Shown in pieces: positions 37,938 through 50,512 of a stretch of DNA of 64,000 nt (positions are counted from its first letter, which is position 1; each line of letters starts with the position of its first letter). The position numbers and the translations under genes are program-made. Source of the stretch: Octopus sinensis (Eukaryota). Location: the NCBI RefSeq assembly GCF_006345805.1, contig NC_042997.1, positions 171,926,001 to 171,990,000 of the forward strand, written 5' to 3'. The notes beneath the pieces were generated by a model. The model was not told the origin of the DNA and searched no databases. It worked only from the letters and a program-made list of their open reading frames with translations.

Positions 37938-38393
37938 ATGTATTATTTCTTGGAAAGACTGAGGGATCAGAGGCAAAGTGTTTAACCATTCCTTTCCTAA
38001 CTCCAGATATTCTACAAGTAATTAATGTAATCTTACTTACTATGTACCTAAGCATTTTACTCTCTGTGGAGCATAGACTATCAACAACTGTTCCCCACTG
38101 TTCTTGACTCTTGGCTGACATTTCTACTTCCTTTCAGCTAGATCCCTGCTTTTTCAACTCTGCCCCAGTATCCTGCCCATATGTTTTCCTGGGGGAAGGC
38201 CTTCCACTTCTAGGACTTGATTGAATTTTCATTGATGCCTTTGTAATTTTGCTTTTTTCCAGGAAGTGGTGTCAATCCCTATGCAAACCCATTTTTTACT
38301 CCTGAGAAGAAGTGGTCCATGTTAGTCTGGCCTCTGTCTTTTTAACTGTCCAGCATGGGATGGTGGAGTGGGGTCTTACTTGGTGTTTATTAA

Positions 38394-38779
38394 GTGGTGT
38401 CAAAAAGTTCCTGGACTAGTTATGTTTAACAAAAAAATAACTTATTTACCTAAATTTTAATATCATCTCCTTTGAAATAGTCGTCTTGCACAGCAACAGT
38501 TGTAGTGTTCCTACCATTTTTGGAATCCAGCCTGGAAGTCATTTTCCCTAAGTGGACAGTTGAAAAGACTGAGGCCAGACTAACATGGACCACTTCTTCC
38601 CAGGAGTAAAAAATGGGTTTACATAGGGATCAACTACCTGGAAAAAAGCAAAATTACAAAGGCATCAATGAAAATTCAACCAAGCATGAAGGTCACTGCT
38701 AGTTCTCACTGCAGATGCAGCTGTGTGTTGCCATCTGTTGGTGCACCTCAGAACTAGTTCAGGACCATTTTGATATCAC
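38394..38779. mobile_element. Internally deleted mariner element holding captured flanking DNA
   Basis: Termini gtggtgtcaaaaagttcctggactagtt / aactagttcaggaccattttgatatcac; shares cagcctggaagtcattttcc with the 3020-3480 mariner. Confidence 0.7.
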
Positions 38780-38879
38780 ATCACATACTCTGCTGGCTTA
38801 ATTCTCAGGGTCACTGAAGCACTCAAACCACCACATCATAACAAGGGCTGGACCTTGTGGTAGTCTGTTTCCTTAAATG

Positions 38880-40280
38880 TTTTTGGTGAGAAGACTTCGA
38901 TTTTGTGCTGCAATCAAGAATATTTCAGTCTCAGCTTTACATATTTTTTACATATTTTTTTGTATATCTATTTTCATTCTGTTTATTTTTTTCAGGTATT
39001 GGACACATGGTAACTTGTTTTTACAATTACTTGTGATGGCATACTGCAACTTCACTTTTAACCTTTTTACAATTTCAGTGGTTATTTCTTAATTTCTTTT
39101 TCAAAACAATCTGTCGTTTCAGTTTTTGCTTAGTATTTTTGATGTCCTTTAAAGCAGAACAGTCTTTTTGTTTTTTGTATCCTTTCTTTTTCGCAGTTTG
39201 TATGGTTTTATTGAATATTTTTTACTTAATATATTTGTCTTATAGTGGGTATTTTCTAGTTTCTGGTTGCATAAGGCCTATACCACCTTGTAATTATGAT
39301 AAATAATCTTTCAATGTCAGATTTTGGGAGAGACAGTTATGATTTTCCTTGTTTTCCTGTCTAGACTAGCTAGTTCGTTTAGCATCCAGTTCTGAATTAT
39401 AACTATAACTTATTACTCAGACATCTAGAGCATTAATGCTTATGTTATCTCTGTTTTAAATATTAATCTAATATGTATACAATATGCCTTCTTAATCTTT
39501 TCTATCATTTATATCGTTCACTGTCTAATAAAATAGGTTCTGAGCATTCGTTAGTCCTTGTTAGGTATAATTCTCTAATCCCTGTTTCTTTAATTAGTAT
39601 GAAATTAGTGTTGGTATTTTTTCTCTCTTCAAAGTGACCTTGATGCATTTTTCTCGTGTCAATCTGACATAATTTTTCATAATAAAGCCATATAGTGTTT
39701 GCAACAATAACTCTAGTTATTTAACATTTGCTGCCTACAATTCGAGGTCATCCATATACAAAAAATGATTTACTGTCCTTCCTCACGTTGTATCTGAGTA
39801 CAGACTAGTTTAACTTTTCGGTTAAAGGTGTAACTACTGGGTAGAAAAGAAATAGAGAGAGGGAGCCCTCTTGGAATATTCCATTTCTAAATGGGATGGA
39901 GGTTAGGTTTTATAATTCCTACATTTTGCAAGTATCTATACAATTATTTGCTATATATTTGATGTACCTACTTATTATTGCTGCTTACTCATGGCTAGTA
40001 ACCCCTGGATCCATTAATGGGAACACTGATAAAAGCTTTCTGGTAGTCAATTCATTCCACGCCATGCGCAGATTTTTCATTCTCCTTCATCCATCTTCAG
40101 TTTTGGCAGTGATGATCAGTAATTGATCTTCACATCTATATAAGCTTTTGCAGCATCCATTCTACACTTCAGGAAACAACAAATTCTTTTTCTAAATATT
40201 TATTCTATGTGATTTTATGGTAGCTAAGGCTTTGTAAGCTTTAAAGAATTCCTTGGAAGTCAGGCTACTTATCTGTAGTA
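38880..40280 (-). mobile_element. R4/Dong-type reverse transcriptase remnant
   Basis: Minus strand HFLYMDDLEL (about 39740-39770) and NGIFQEGSLS (about 39855-39890); heavily decayed. Confidence 0.7.
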
Positions 40281-40871
40281 CAGAAATTAACTAAGCTCAG
40301 GCCACTGGTAGAACACTTAGGACCAGATACAAACAAGGTCACCATGCTCTTCCATCAGACAATTTTGATACATTAATAAACAGAATTGCATGCTCAACCC
40401 AGGATACTCTAATTTTGGTACCAAGACAGGAAGAACAATAACAAGTATGCTGCTTCCTTCTGAGAATGGACCTTTGCACCTGAAATACAGAGGTTTTTGT
40501 AAAACTTTCTGCATTGTTGGAAACTTTCTTATTTTCCTTTTCTACTTCTGTTCACAATGCTTCAAGCAAACTACAATGCTCCTATATACAAAATTAAATT
40601 AAATTTAGCTCTTGAAGCCAAGATGAACTAAATACAGGATGAAATTATGGAATACATTGAACAATGAGGTCTATCAACAAGAAAAAGCGACTGGAGATTA
40701 TTGTGTGAAGTACAATGCTAACAAGAAAGAGAACTGGTAGTTTGACATTAGCCTTTGAACAAAGAAAGATGGAATGGAAAACAAAGTAACTTGTAGCAGG
40801 TCAGAAGTCAAAATTAAAGAAGCAGGCCCATTTAGTGGAATAGAATCCAGGGAAACCATGTAAAGGTATTA

Positions 40872-41091
40872 TGGCAGAAACATTAGCACACTGGGCGAAA
40901 TACTTAGCGGTGTTTCATCTGCCGCTACGTTCTGAGTTCAAATTCCGCCGAGGTCGACTTTGCCTTTCATCCTTTCGGGGTCGATAAATTAAGTACCAGT
41001 TATGCACTGGGGTCGATGTAATCGACTTAATCCGTTTGTCTGTCCTTGTTTGTCCTCTCTGTGTTTAGCTCCTTGTGGGTAGTAAAGAAAT
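40872..41091 (+). mobile_element. tRNA SINE family A
   Basis: Family A body; flanked by the direct repeat aggtatt. Confidence 0.85.
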
Positions 41092-42041
41092 AGGTATTGT
41101 GACAAGGTTAAGAACTGAACAGAGAAGGGGAAGAAGGAGGCTACAGCAAAAAAGAAAAGACAGGAGAGAGAAAGAAAGGTGGAGAGAGAGGGGGAGAGAG
41201 AAGACAAAGCAAGTAGAAATGGTTACTGAGAAATACAGTAATGATTTTTCTATTTGATGAAGATTATCAAAATGAAGGAAAATTAATTAAGCGTGGACTA
41301 CAGGTAAAACATATATGACAAGATATAAGAAGGTTACTATGCTCTTTCATCAGCTGTTGAGTGCATGTCAAGGCAATTTCAGCACATAAATCAACAGATC
41401 TACACACATATCCCAGCACAGCACACCAGGGTTTTGGTGTTGACAGGAAAGCAACAAGTATACAAAATTATACAAAAAATTAGCTCTTAAGATTTAGATA
41501 AACTAAATGCAAAATGATGTTACAAGACATGTTAAACAGTGGGGGGTTTCTTAACAAGAAAAAGAAAAAATATAGCCGCAAACTGGAGACGATTGTGCAA
41601 GGTGTAAGGCAGATCTTTGTGGTTATTGTCACTGCATGTCAAATTCTTTAAAAAAATTTTTTAATGTATCACATAGATGTAATTTTTGATGCTGAATCTG
41701 AATTTGTTATTGATTTATTCCAGAAAAATTTTGTGGAAATGTTACAGGTGTTCAAAGTTTCAGAATTTTCAGCCAATCAGAAAACAGAGCATTCACTGCC
41801 TCCTCCATTATCTGTCACAGGAGCAAGAGGGGTAGGAGTACCAGCATGTAAAACATTAAACTAGCTACAGTAAACAGTGAAAAACATTAAAAGATTCATG
41901 AACAAATGAAATATGTAAAAGCTACGAGCAAACCAACAGAAGTTGCAAGAAATAACAGTCAAAACATTGCTTAAAGCAGACATAAGTTTAAAAACTCAAG
42001 AATGAAAGTTTGCAATACACTCTAGGATTTTATAAAATAAA

Positions 42042-42439
42042 CTAGCAGTATCGCCCGGCGTTGCTCGGGTTTGTAAGGGAAATAACTATATAAGCATTTT
42101 TAGAGAGTTATAGCCAAAAAATAGCAAAACAATGCATTAAAAATGGAAAAAAAATTATGGTAAAGTTTTTTTTAAATCGTTGACTCATCGTAGACATTTT
42201 TAGAGAGTTACTTCCCTTATATAATAGCGAAAAAATGCATTCAAATGGAAAAAAATTATGGTAAATTTTTTTAAAAATCGTAGACTCATCGTAGATGCGT
42301 GCTAATACCCAGAAGGGCTCGATATGAATCACAACTATAAGATACCCGGTTTTGGTTAAACTGCACCGCAAAATGTGGGAGTAGTTAGGAATCTAAATCG
42401 TAGGAGACAGACGCACAACTTCACTTTTATATATAAAGA
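42042..42439 (-). mobile_element. Non-autonomous Helitron, second copy
   Basis: A|TCTTTATATATAAAAG ... CCCGAGCAACGCCGGG-cgatactg-CTAG|T, with an internal ~110 bp duplication. Confidence 0.85.
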
Positions 42440-42879
42440 TTACGTTTCCCATATCTCTTCTCCGCATAAATTCACAAAAATAAGAGTCAACCATGGAACG
42501 ATGTGTCCCACACTAGCGTTTGTTTCCATGCTTTAAAGATGCCCAGGTACTCTCAATTTGTTGATTACACTCAGTTTGGTAGTTGCACTCCTTGTGCGCA
42601 TGTACAGCATCTTTGGTTACTATAGAAATAGAGTTCTTTACAATCAGCTATGGAACACGTGGTGCTTCTTTGCTTAGTATGCTAACAGAACTTCACGGTG
42701 ATGTGTAAAATACTTGCTTCTGATTGGCTAAAATACCTGAATTTTGCAAATTTTAAAGGCTAATAACTTTTTAATTATGAATTTATAGGTAAAATGAATT
42801 TCATTTTCATAATTAGTATTCAAAACTTAATACTTATACCAAGGATATATGCAGAGATTCAATTGTGTTCAGTTGTATT

Positions 42880-43160
42880 ATTTAAGAGAGAACCTTGTAC
42901 TGGATATAGGCAGCTCTAGCAATGATATTTTTAAAACTGTGTAGAAGAATAGAAGAATTTTGAGTCCTGGTATAGCTTTTATGGCTGGTTCATGTTGTTC
43001 TTTATCATAGCCAGTTTTCCCAATTATTATTGGTACTATTTTCACCTTTAAACCCGCACATCCTGCTTATTCCAATTTCAAGATCTTTTTACTTTGACAG
43101 TTTCTCCACCTTCTTCCGGATGATGTTTTGTTCAGAAGGGATTGAGATAATTATTGGTTG
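42880..43160 (-). mobile_element. R4/Dong RLE-domain remnant
   Basis: Minus strand KDLEIG...KVKIVPIIIG-like segment. Confidence 0.5.
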
Positions 43161-43469
43161 TAGTTGTATTAAATTATGAAATAACCAACAACAGTTAATT
43201 TTTATCAAGATAACTTCAATGAAAATGTAGCAACTTTTTATACTTCCTAGCTAAATACCAGTGGCCAATTTCTGACAAAAACAAAAACAAAAAAAAAACA
43301 CAAAGGGTTTGATTTTTAATTTTTTTCATTTTCTTTTCCTTCATATTTTAATTAGCTTCTCTGTTAAATGTATTACATCCATCAAGAGTTGTTTCAATGG
43401 CATCTAATCAATAGCTTGAAAGAGGAGCATATTTTATAAATTTTCTTTCTTAATATCTAAAGATCAGAA

Positions 43470-43833
43470 CTCTGTTTCAAAACATCTGAAGTCCCTTGCT
43501 ACAAAACCCTTTTATGATATCAAAACACTTCACTATTTCAAAATAACTGAAAGTCCCTAGTTACAAATCTTTGTCACTATTTCAAAATGGCCTTAACTTC
43601 CTGACTACAGAACTCCATCACTAAATCAAAATGCTAAAAATCTTTCTACACTTCATCAAAATACATCAAGTCCCTGGTTACAAATCACTCCTTTTTATTA
43701 AAAATACTCCAGATCCCTGAGTATAAAACCTCTTGCATGTATCAAAACAGCCTAAAGTCCATAGATTATAAAAATCCTTTTTTTTTATATGAAAATAATC
43801 TAACATATTTGGTTACAAAATCCCTTCACTATA
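43470..43833. repeat. Degenerate ~45 bp minisatellite, about 8 units
   Basis: Recurring cactatttcaaaa...aagtccct.gttacaaa. Confidence 0.6.
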
Positions 43834-43837
43834 TTAA

Positions 43838-44063
43838 CCCTTTGAGCCCTGACCTGAACCAACATCAAAACAAGCCACATTCAACTCAGAAAGGCAGTGG
43901 ACACGTTTTAGCATTTTATAGTCGCAGGGTGAATGAGCAAGCTGATTGAATAAAAATAAATCATCGTACTTTAGTGCAGATGCACTCAAACAGCAAGAGG
44001 GGTGCTACGGTATAGAGAAAAATAAGCAATCCACTGGTAAACTTGTGTTATGAGCTCAAAGAG
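43838..44063. mobile_element. piggyBac-like MITE
   Basis: TTAA-CCCTTTGAGC ... GCTCAAAGAG-TAAA. Confidence 0.6.
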
Positions 44064-44277
44064 TAAAAACATCTAAAACTACAAGTCACTCTTTTAAATA
44101 ATACATTTAAAAATCTCCTTATTCTGTATAAAATATTAAAAAACCCTCATAAATCTCAAAAGCTAAAGTCTCCACTATGTCATGGTCTTACTGGGTACTA
44201 AATTTTGATTACTTTGTGAAGTGGATAATTTTTAATCTGAGTAGGAATTATCCACCCTAAGTGCATGTTTCTGCTGC

Positions 44278-44692
44278 AGGTGGCGAGCAGGCAGAAACAT
44301 TAGCATGCTGGGAGAAATCCTTAGTGGTATTTCGTCTGCCACTACGTTCTGAGTTCAGATTCTGCCGGGGTTGACTTTGCCTTTCATCTTTCGAGGTCAA
44401 TTAAATAAGTACCAGTTATGCACCGGGGTCGATGTAATCGACTTAATCCATTTGTCTGTCCTTGTTTGTCCCCCTGTGTTTAACCCCTTGTGGGTAGTAA
44501 AGAAATAGGTATTTTGTCTGCCGCTGCATTCTGAGTTCAAATTCCGCCGAGGTCGACTTTGCCTTTCATCCTTTCAGGGTCAATTAAATATGTACCAGCT
44601 ACACACTGGGGTCGATGTAATCGACTTAATTCCTTTGTCTGTCCTTGTTTGTCCCCTCTATGTTTAGCCCCTTGTGGGCAATAAAGAAATAA
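44278..44692 (+). mobile_element. SINE family A head-to-tail dimer
   Basis: A full copy is followed by a second starting at ggtattttgtctgccgc; same layout at 50100-50500. Confidence 0.85.
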
Positions 44693-45417
44693 TTAAAAAA
44701 ATGTTATAGAAGTTTTTCAATTGGCTTGAGGAATCTTTTGAGAAAATTTTGTTTTATATGATTCTGTTTAATTCAAGATTGATGATGAAAAGAGAAGATT
44801 ATCAGAAAATGAATGATTAAAAAGCAGTAAGTTAAGTCTAATAATCTCTGTCTAATGTGATATACTCAACTTTCTTTTGTGGCATAGCTACACCAAGTCA
44901 CTCGATGTTAAATTCATGCTTTTGGTAGCCAATGCAGGCAGTGGGCATTCATAATAACCATTTCAAATTTTGGCACGAGGCCAGCAATTTCAGGGGGAAG
45001 GGATTAGTCGGTTACATCAACCCCAGTGTTTGACTGGTATTTTATTTTATCAAACCCAACAGAATGAAAGGTAAAGTTGACCTCAGCAGAGTTTGAACTC
45101 AGATCATAAAGAGCTGGAAAAAATGCCGTTAAGCATTATGTTTGGCATGTTAATAGTTCTGTCAGCTTTCTGCCTTAATGAATAATGGCTTTAAGTTTTA
45201 GCACAAGGCCAGCAATTTTTCAGTGCCAAGTGATTAGTTGATTTCATGAACCTGAGTACTTGGCTGATACTTTTTATTTTATCAACTCCAATAGAATATA
45301 AGTTAAAGTGGACCTCAAAAAAGTAAACAGCCAGAAGAAATGCCATTTACCATTTTGTTTGACAAGCTAATGATTCTACCAGCTTGCCACCTTGGAATTT
45401 ATAATAATAAAATAATG

Positions 45418-45489
<72 letters not shown>

Positions 45490-45493
<4 letters not shown>

Positions 45494-45893
45494 CTGAGCA
45501 AATATAAAGATCTTGAAATAGAAATTAGCAAAATGTGGAACCTAAAGACTAAAACAATACCTGTTGTCATAGGTGCCCTGGGAATGATAGCAAAAGGGGC
45601 TGATTGCTACCTAGCTCAGATACCAGGAAACCCCAAAATGGCAGAAATTCAAAAGATAGTGCTCATGGGAACTGCTCATATCCTATGCAAAATGCTTTCT
45701 ATGTAATCTCAAGTTTTAAAACAAACAATTTTCTTATGGTGTCTTAAACATTCACTAGTACAACACTAAGTACAAAATACCAAATATATGGCACCCTAGG
45801 CATAACACCAACATGAACTTCCAACTTGTCTCTTGAGGTCTCTGGGTGAGACTTGGAGCCAACTTGTACAAATGTAAAGCAAAAGTCAAACAG
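45490..45893 (+). mobile_element. Dong/R4-type 3' end inserted in (TAA)n
   Basis: KLSKYKDLEIEISKMWNLKTKTIPVVIGALGMIAKG...IQKIVLMGTAHIL...* plus 3' UTR; (AAT)n on both sides. Confidence 0.85.
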
Positions 45894-46693
45894 AATAATA
45901 ATAATAATAATAATAATAATATTCCACCATGGAATTTATAATAATAATATTTTCTACCATAGACACAGAAATAATAATGCCAGGAAAACAACAACAGAAT
46001 TAGGAGTTGATACTCACTGAAAACTCTTTTGAACTCAGCTAACAACAACATCCAACCTACAAATGTTAGTGATTCACATTTTAACACAAGCTCACAGAAA
46101 TGCAAGCTGCCGATATTGAAGGAGTAATTAGAAGCCAATGGTTTTATACCCATATCAGATAAGCTAATGGTTTTATACCCATATCAGATAAATGTGTTCC
46201 TATGACTGCATACTTAACATAATTAATGTAATGAAGCAAAAAGATTCTTAAACAACTGAAATTATACCAGTAATGTAAATGAAAACAAAATGATATTAGT
46301 ATTAATGACAATTGTTTCTAAAGAAAGGCAAAGGAGAGAATGTTTAAATTCAAATTGATTATATATGAAATGGATACATACAATAACAATTGTGTCTAAT
46401 TTCTGATAAGTATAGTGACATTTCTGAACATGTTTTAGTCTTATTATATACACACACAAATAAAGGTTACAAGCCTTATTGAGGGACAGCAAAATCCTAT
46501 GAAAGCACTGGTTAGTTACCTATACAAAGAATGTTGAACAATTACAGTTAATACTCAACTTCAAGGTAACTATATAAACTGTGGTTTATATATATATATA
46601 TTTATTTATTATAATAAGGTAAGAAAATAGAGAGATAATTTCTAAATTATTCTTTATTAATCATCTCTCTAATTTCTTATCTTATTATAATAT

Positions 46694-46736
<43 letters not shown>

Positions 46737-46740
<4 letters not shown>

Positions 46741-46899
46741 ATCCAAACATGAAAACACAACAACACGAGGATGTGGAACAAGTATAGTGGTATTGGATGC
46801 TCAGGAAAGAAGGAAAGAAGGAGGGTTTAACGTTTCGAGCGGAGCTCTTCGTCAGAATCATAGGTAAAGGAAAGATCCAAAGAAGGGAAGACGGAGGAA

Positions 46900-46938
<39 letters not shown>

Positions 46939-47125
46939 ATCCAAACATGAAAACACAACAACACGAGGATGTGGAACAAGTATAGTGGTATTGGATGCTC
47001 AGGAAAGAAGGAAAGAAGGAGGGTTTAACGTTTCGAGCGGAGCTCTTCGTCAGAATCATAGAGTAGAAGATCATAGGTAAAGGAAAGATCCAAAGAAGGG
47101 AAGACGGAGGAAAAAATATATATAT
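46737..47125 (-). mobile_element. Tandem dimer (198 bp period) of a hammerhead-bearing repeat
   Basis: Two near-identical units separated by (TA)n. Each has CUGACGA-A-GAGC(UCC)GCUC-GAAA-CG-UU (46825-46859 and 47023-47057). Confidence 0.75.
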
Positions 47126-47346
47126 ATATATATATATACACACATCCACACACACATACATACACACACATACATAAGCACATATATATATATGTATAAT
47201 TACACTCTCAGAGTGGTTGGCGTTAGGAAGGGCATCCAGCCGTAGAAACACTGCCAGATCAGACTGGAGCCTGGTGCAGCGTTCTGGCTACCCAGACCCC
47301 AGTTGAACCGTCCAACCCGTGCTAGCATGGAAAGCGGACGTTAAAC

Positions 47347-47379
<33 letters not shown>

Positions 47380-47390
47380 ACATAGATATA

Positions 47391-47600
47391 TATGAGGGAG
47401 TGCTGAAAAGTTTCTGGTTTTGGGTAAAAGAAAATACAGGAGGATCAGTTAATTATGATTTTATTTAATATATTCCTCTCTTAGATTCACACACTTACTG
47501 CAGTTTTTCAAAGCCCTGTAAAAGAACTCTGAAGGTCGGGCCTCTAACCAGGCCTTTCACAATACCCTTAAAGCCAGGAACTTTTCAGCACCCCCCCTCA
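47391..47600. mobile_element. Mariner-type MITE
   Basis: TA-tgagggagtgctgaaaagtttctgg ... ccaggaacttttcagcaccccccctca. Confidence 0.75.
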
Positions 47601-48320
47601 CTGAACTACAAAAATGCAGATGACAGGCAGTTCTGGAGCATACTGTTTGATCTGAAGTGAGTAATATTGGAGATTTACAATAAGACATCACAACATATAA
47701 TAATGATAAAATAAGAGAGAGAGAGAGGATAAATAAACAGACAGACAGAGAGACATACAGAATCCAATGTGTTTCGTGATTGTAGAATATTTCTTATGTA
47801 TTTTGCTATTGTAGGCTATCTGCATTGTCTATTTGCCATTGTGGTCAGTGGAATAACAAGCTCAGATAGATTTAATAAAGAAGATGGATTTCATAATGCC
47901 AATGCTGGTGTCTCCTAAAACATTGACGACATAAAATGAATGTTATTAAGATCAGGTGTTTGTTAAGAAAACATGACCATTATTATATCAAAACAGAAGT
48001 TTTCAAAAGAATAAGCTCTCACCTTTTTTTCCCTTTCTCTCTCTAAATAATACAATAACTAGTGAGGTGTGCATGTAGTCAAAGCTTGCTTCACAACCAA
48101 TTGGTTCTGGGTTCAATCCTATTGTTTGGCACTTTGAGCAAGTGTCTTCTCTTAGAGACTTGGGTTGGCCAAAGCTTTGTGAGTGAATTTAGTAAATTTC
48201 AGTTAATGAAAACTGAAAGAAGCCCATCTTATATACATACATACATATACATCATTATCATCATCATCGTTTAACATCCGCTTTCCATGCTAGCATGTGT
48301 ATATATATGTATACATAAAT

Positions 48321-48352
<32 letters not shown>

Positions 48353-48399
48353 CAACATGTATAAATATATGTGTGTGTGTATAAACACATAGGTATATG

Positions 48400-49185
48400 T
48401 ATATGGCTGTGTGGTAAGAAGCTTGCTTCCCAACCACTTGGTTCCAGGTTCATTACCACTGTGTGGCACCTTGGGCAAGTGTCTTCTACTATAGCCTTGG
48501 GCTGACCAAAGCCTTGTGAGTGGATTTGGTAGACAGAAACTGAAGAAAGCCTGCCCTAGGCTTCAAAGAGAAATAACAGGGAGTAGCCATTACAACAAGA
48601 GATAAGAGAGACACAGACAGGAAAGAAAGAAATTATTTTAGTGAACACTACGGAATATGTATATATATATATGTTGTTTTGTATTATTTTTCTATTCATA
48701 TTTGTGTAATATCGTCCGTTTTTCTGTCCTTGTTTTGTAAACATTTGAAGCTTTTTTCCAAGGAATCTAATGCTTTTAGCTTAGTTTTTCCTTGGGGCTG
48801 GCCAGACTGGAGCAATCTCAAGATTAAGTCGAAATTGCGAGGATGATCCGGTTCTTGACTGAAGATTAAAGGCTTAGAATGACCCGTCCGTGTTTTTTGT
48901 ATCGTCTATCTGGATGTTTTGCGTTCTTGTCCCATTTTGTATTTTTTTATATATATGTATGTATGTATATATTTGTGTGTGTATGTGTCTGTGTTTGTCC
49001 CTCCACTATTGCTCGACAACTGAGGTTGGTTTGTTTGCATTCCCGTGACTTAGCAATTTGATAAAACAGACTGATAGAATAAGTACTAGGCTTACAAAAA
49101 ATAAGTACTGGAGTTGGTTTGTTCGACTAAAGGTGATGCTCCAGTATGGCCGCAGTCAAATAACTGAAATAAGGAATAAAAGAAT
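48400..49185 (+). mobile_element. SINE family B split by a ~400 bp insertion (48556-48950)
   Basis: Head at 48400-48555, tail at 48975-49185, unrelated sequence between. Confidence 0.6.
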
Positions 49186-49205
49186 ATATATATAAATACA
49201 CACAT

Positions 49206-49252
<47 letters not shown>

Positions 49253-49378
49253 CAGAGAGTGCAGAATTCTTTTTCAAATCCGTAGTGGCCTCACAGCTTT
49301 CTTTAATAAGTCATCTAAAAGAGTGCAAACTCTGCAGGAATCTGTTACAAGGAAATTTTTTGTGTGTGTGTGTGTGTG

Positions 49379-49429
<51 letters not shown>

Positions 49430-49447
49430 TGTGGTGTGTGTGTGTGT

Positions 49448-49483
<36 letters not shown>

Positions 49484-49569
49484 TTGGTGTCTTTTTATCT
49501 TGTCACGTTTATTATAAATGAATGTCAACTTGTAAGTTTGGGAAAGTGGATGTTAAAAGCAATGATGAA

Positions 49570-49608
<39 letters not shown>

Positions 49609-50099
49609 AATGACATATTTTATATTTGTTCTTGTTTCTAATTTTGATGTTTAGAATCATGGATCAGTAAAAGATTTCAGTTATATATTCCAGTGTGCTC
49701 CATAGTTAAGGTTGTTTCATGCATAATACTCAAACACATATATGAAGTAGAGACACATGATCACAAAGTAGAATAACATGATGGACAAACAAGGCCTGTG
49801 GAAATTCTGCATTATACAAATTTCCTTGTATCTATTTTGATTCATAGTATTATTTCATTATATTAAAGATTTCAATTCTGTCTTTGAATTCATTCCATAG
49901 TTAAAGTTGCTTAAAGCACAACAGTTGAACAGATGAATATTATGACAAATAGAATAACATAGGTTTCAAATTATGGCACAAAGCCAGCAATTTCAAGTGA
50001 GGGTATAAGTTGATTACATCAACCCCAGTGTTCAACTGGTACTTGTTTTATTGATCACAAAAGGACAAAAGGCTAAGTCAGCCTCAGTGGACAAACAGA

Positions 50100-50500
50100 A
50101 GGTGGTGAGTTGGCAGAAACGTTAGCATGCCAGGCGAAATGCTAAGTGGTATTTCGTCAGCCGTTATGTTCTGAGTTCAAATTCCACTGAGGTCAACTTT
50201 GCCTTTCATGCTTTCGGGATCGATTAAAGAAGTACCAGTTACGCACTGGGGTTGATATAATCAACTTAATCCATTTTTCTGTCCTTGTTTGTCCCCTCTG
50301 TGTTTAGCCCTTGTGGGTAGAAAAGAAATAGGTATTTCGTCAGCCGTTACATTCTGAGTTCAAATTCTGTCGAGATTGACTTTGCCTTTCATTCCTTTCG
50401 GGATCGATAATTTAAGTACGAGTTACACACTGGGGTCAATGTAATCAACTTAATTCCTTTGTCTGTCCTTGTTTGTCCCCTTGTGGTAGTAAAGAAATAA
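50100..50500 (+). mobile_element. SINE family A head-to-tail dimer
   Basis: Second unit starts at ggtatttcgtcagccgtt. Confidence 0.85.
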
Positions 50501-50512
50501 GAAGAATATTAA

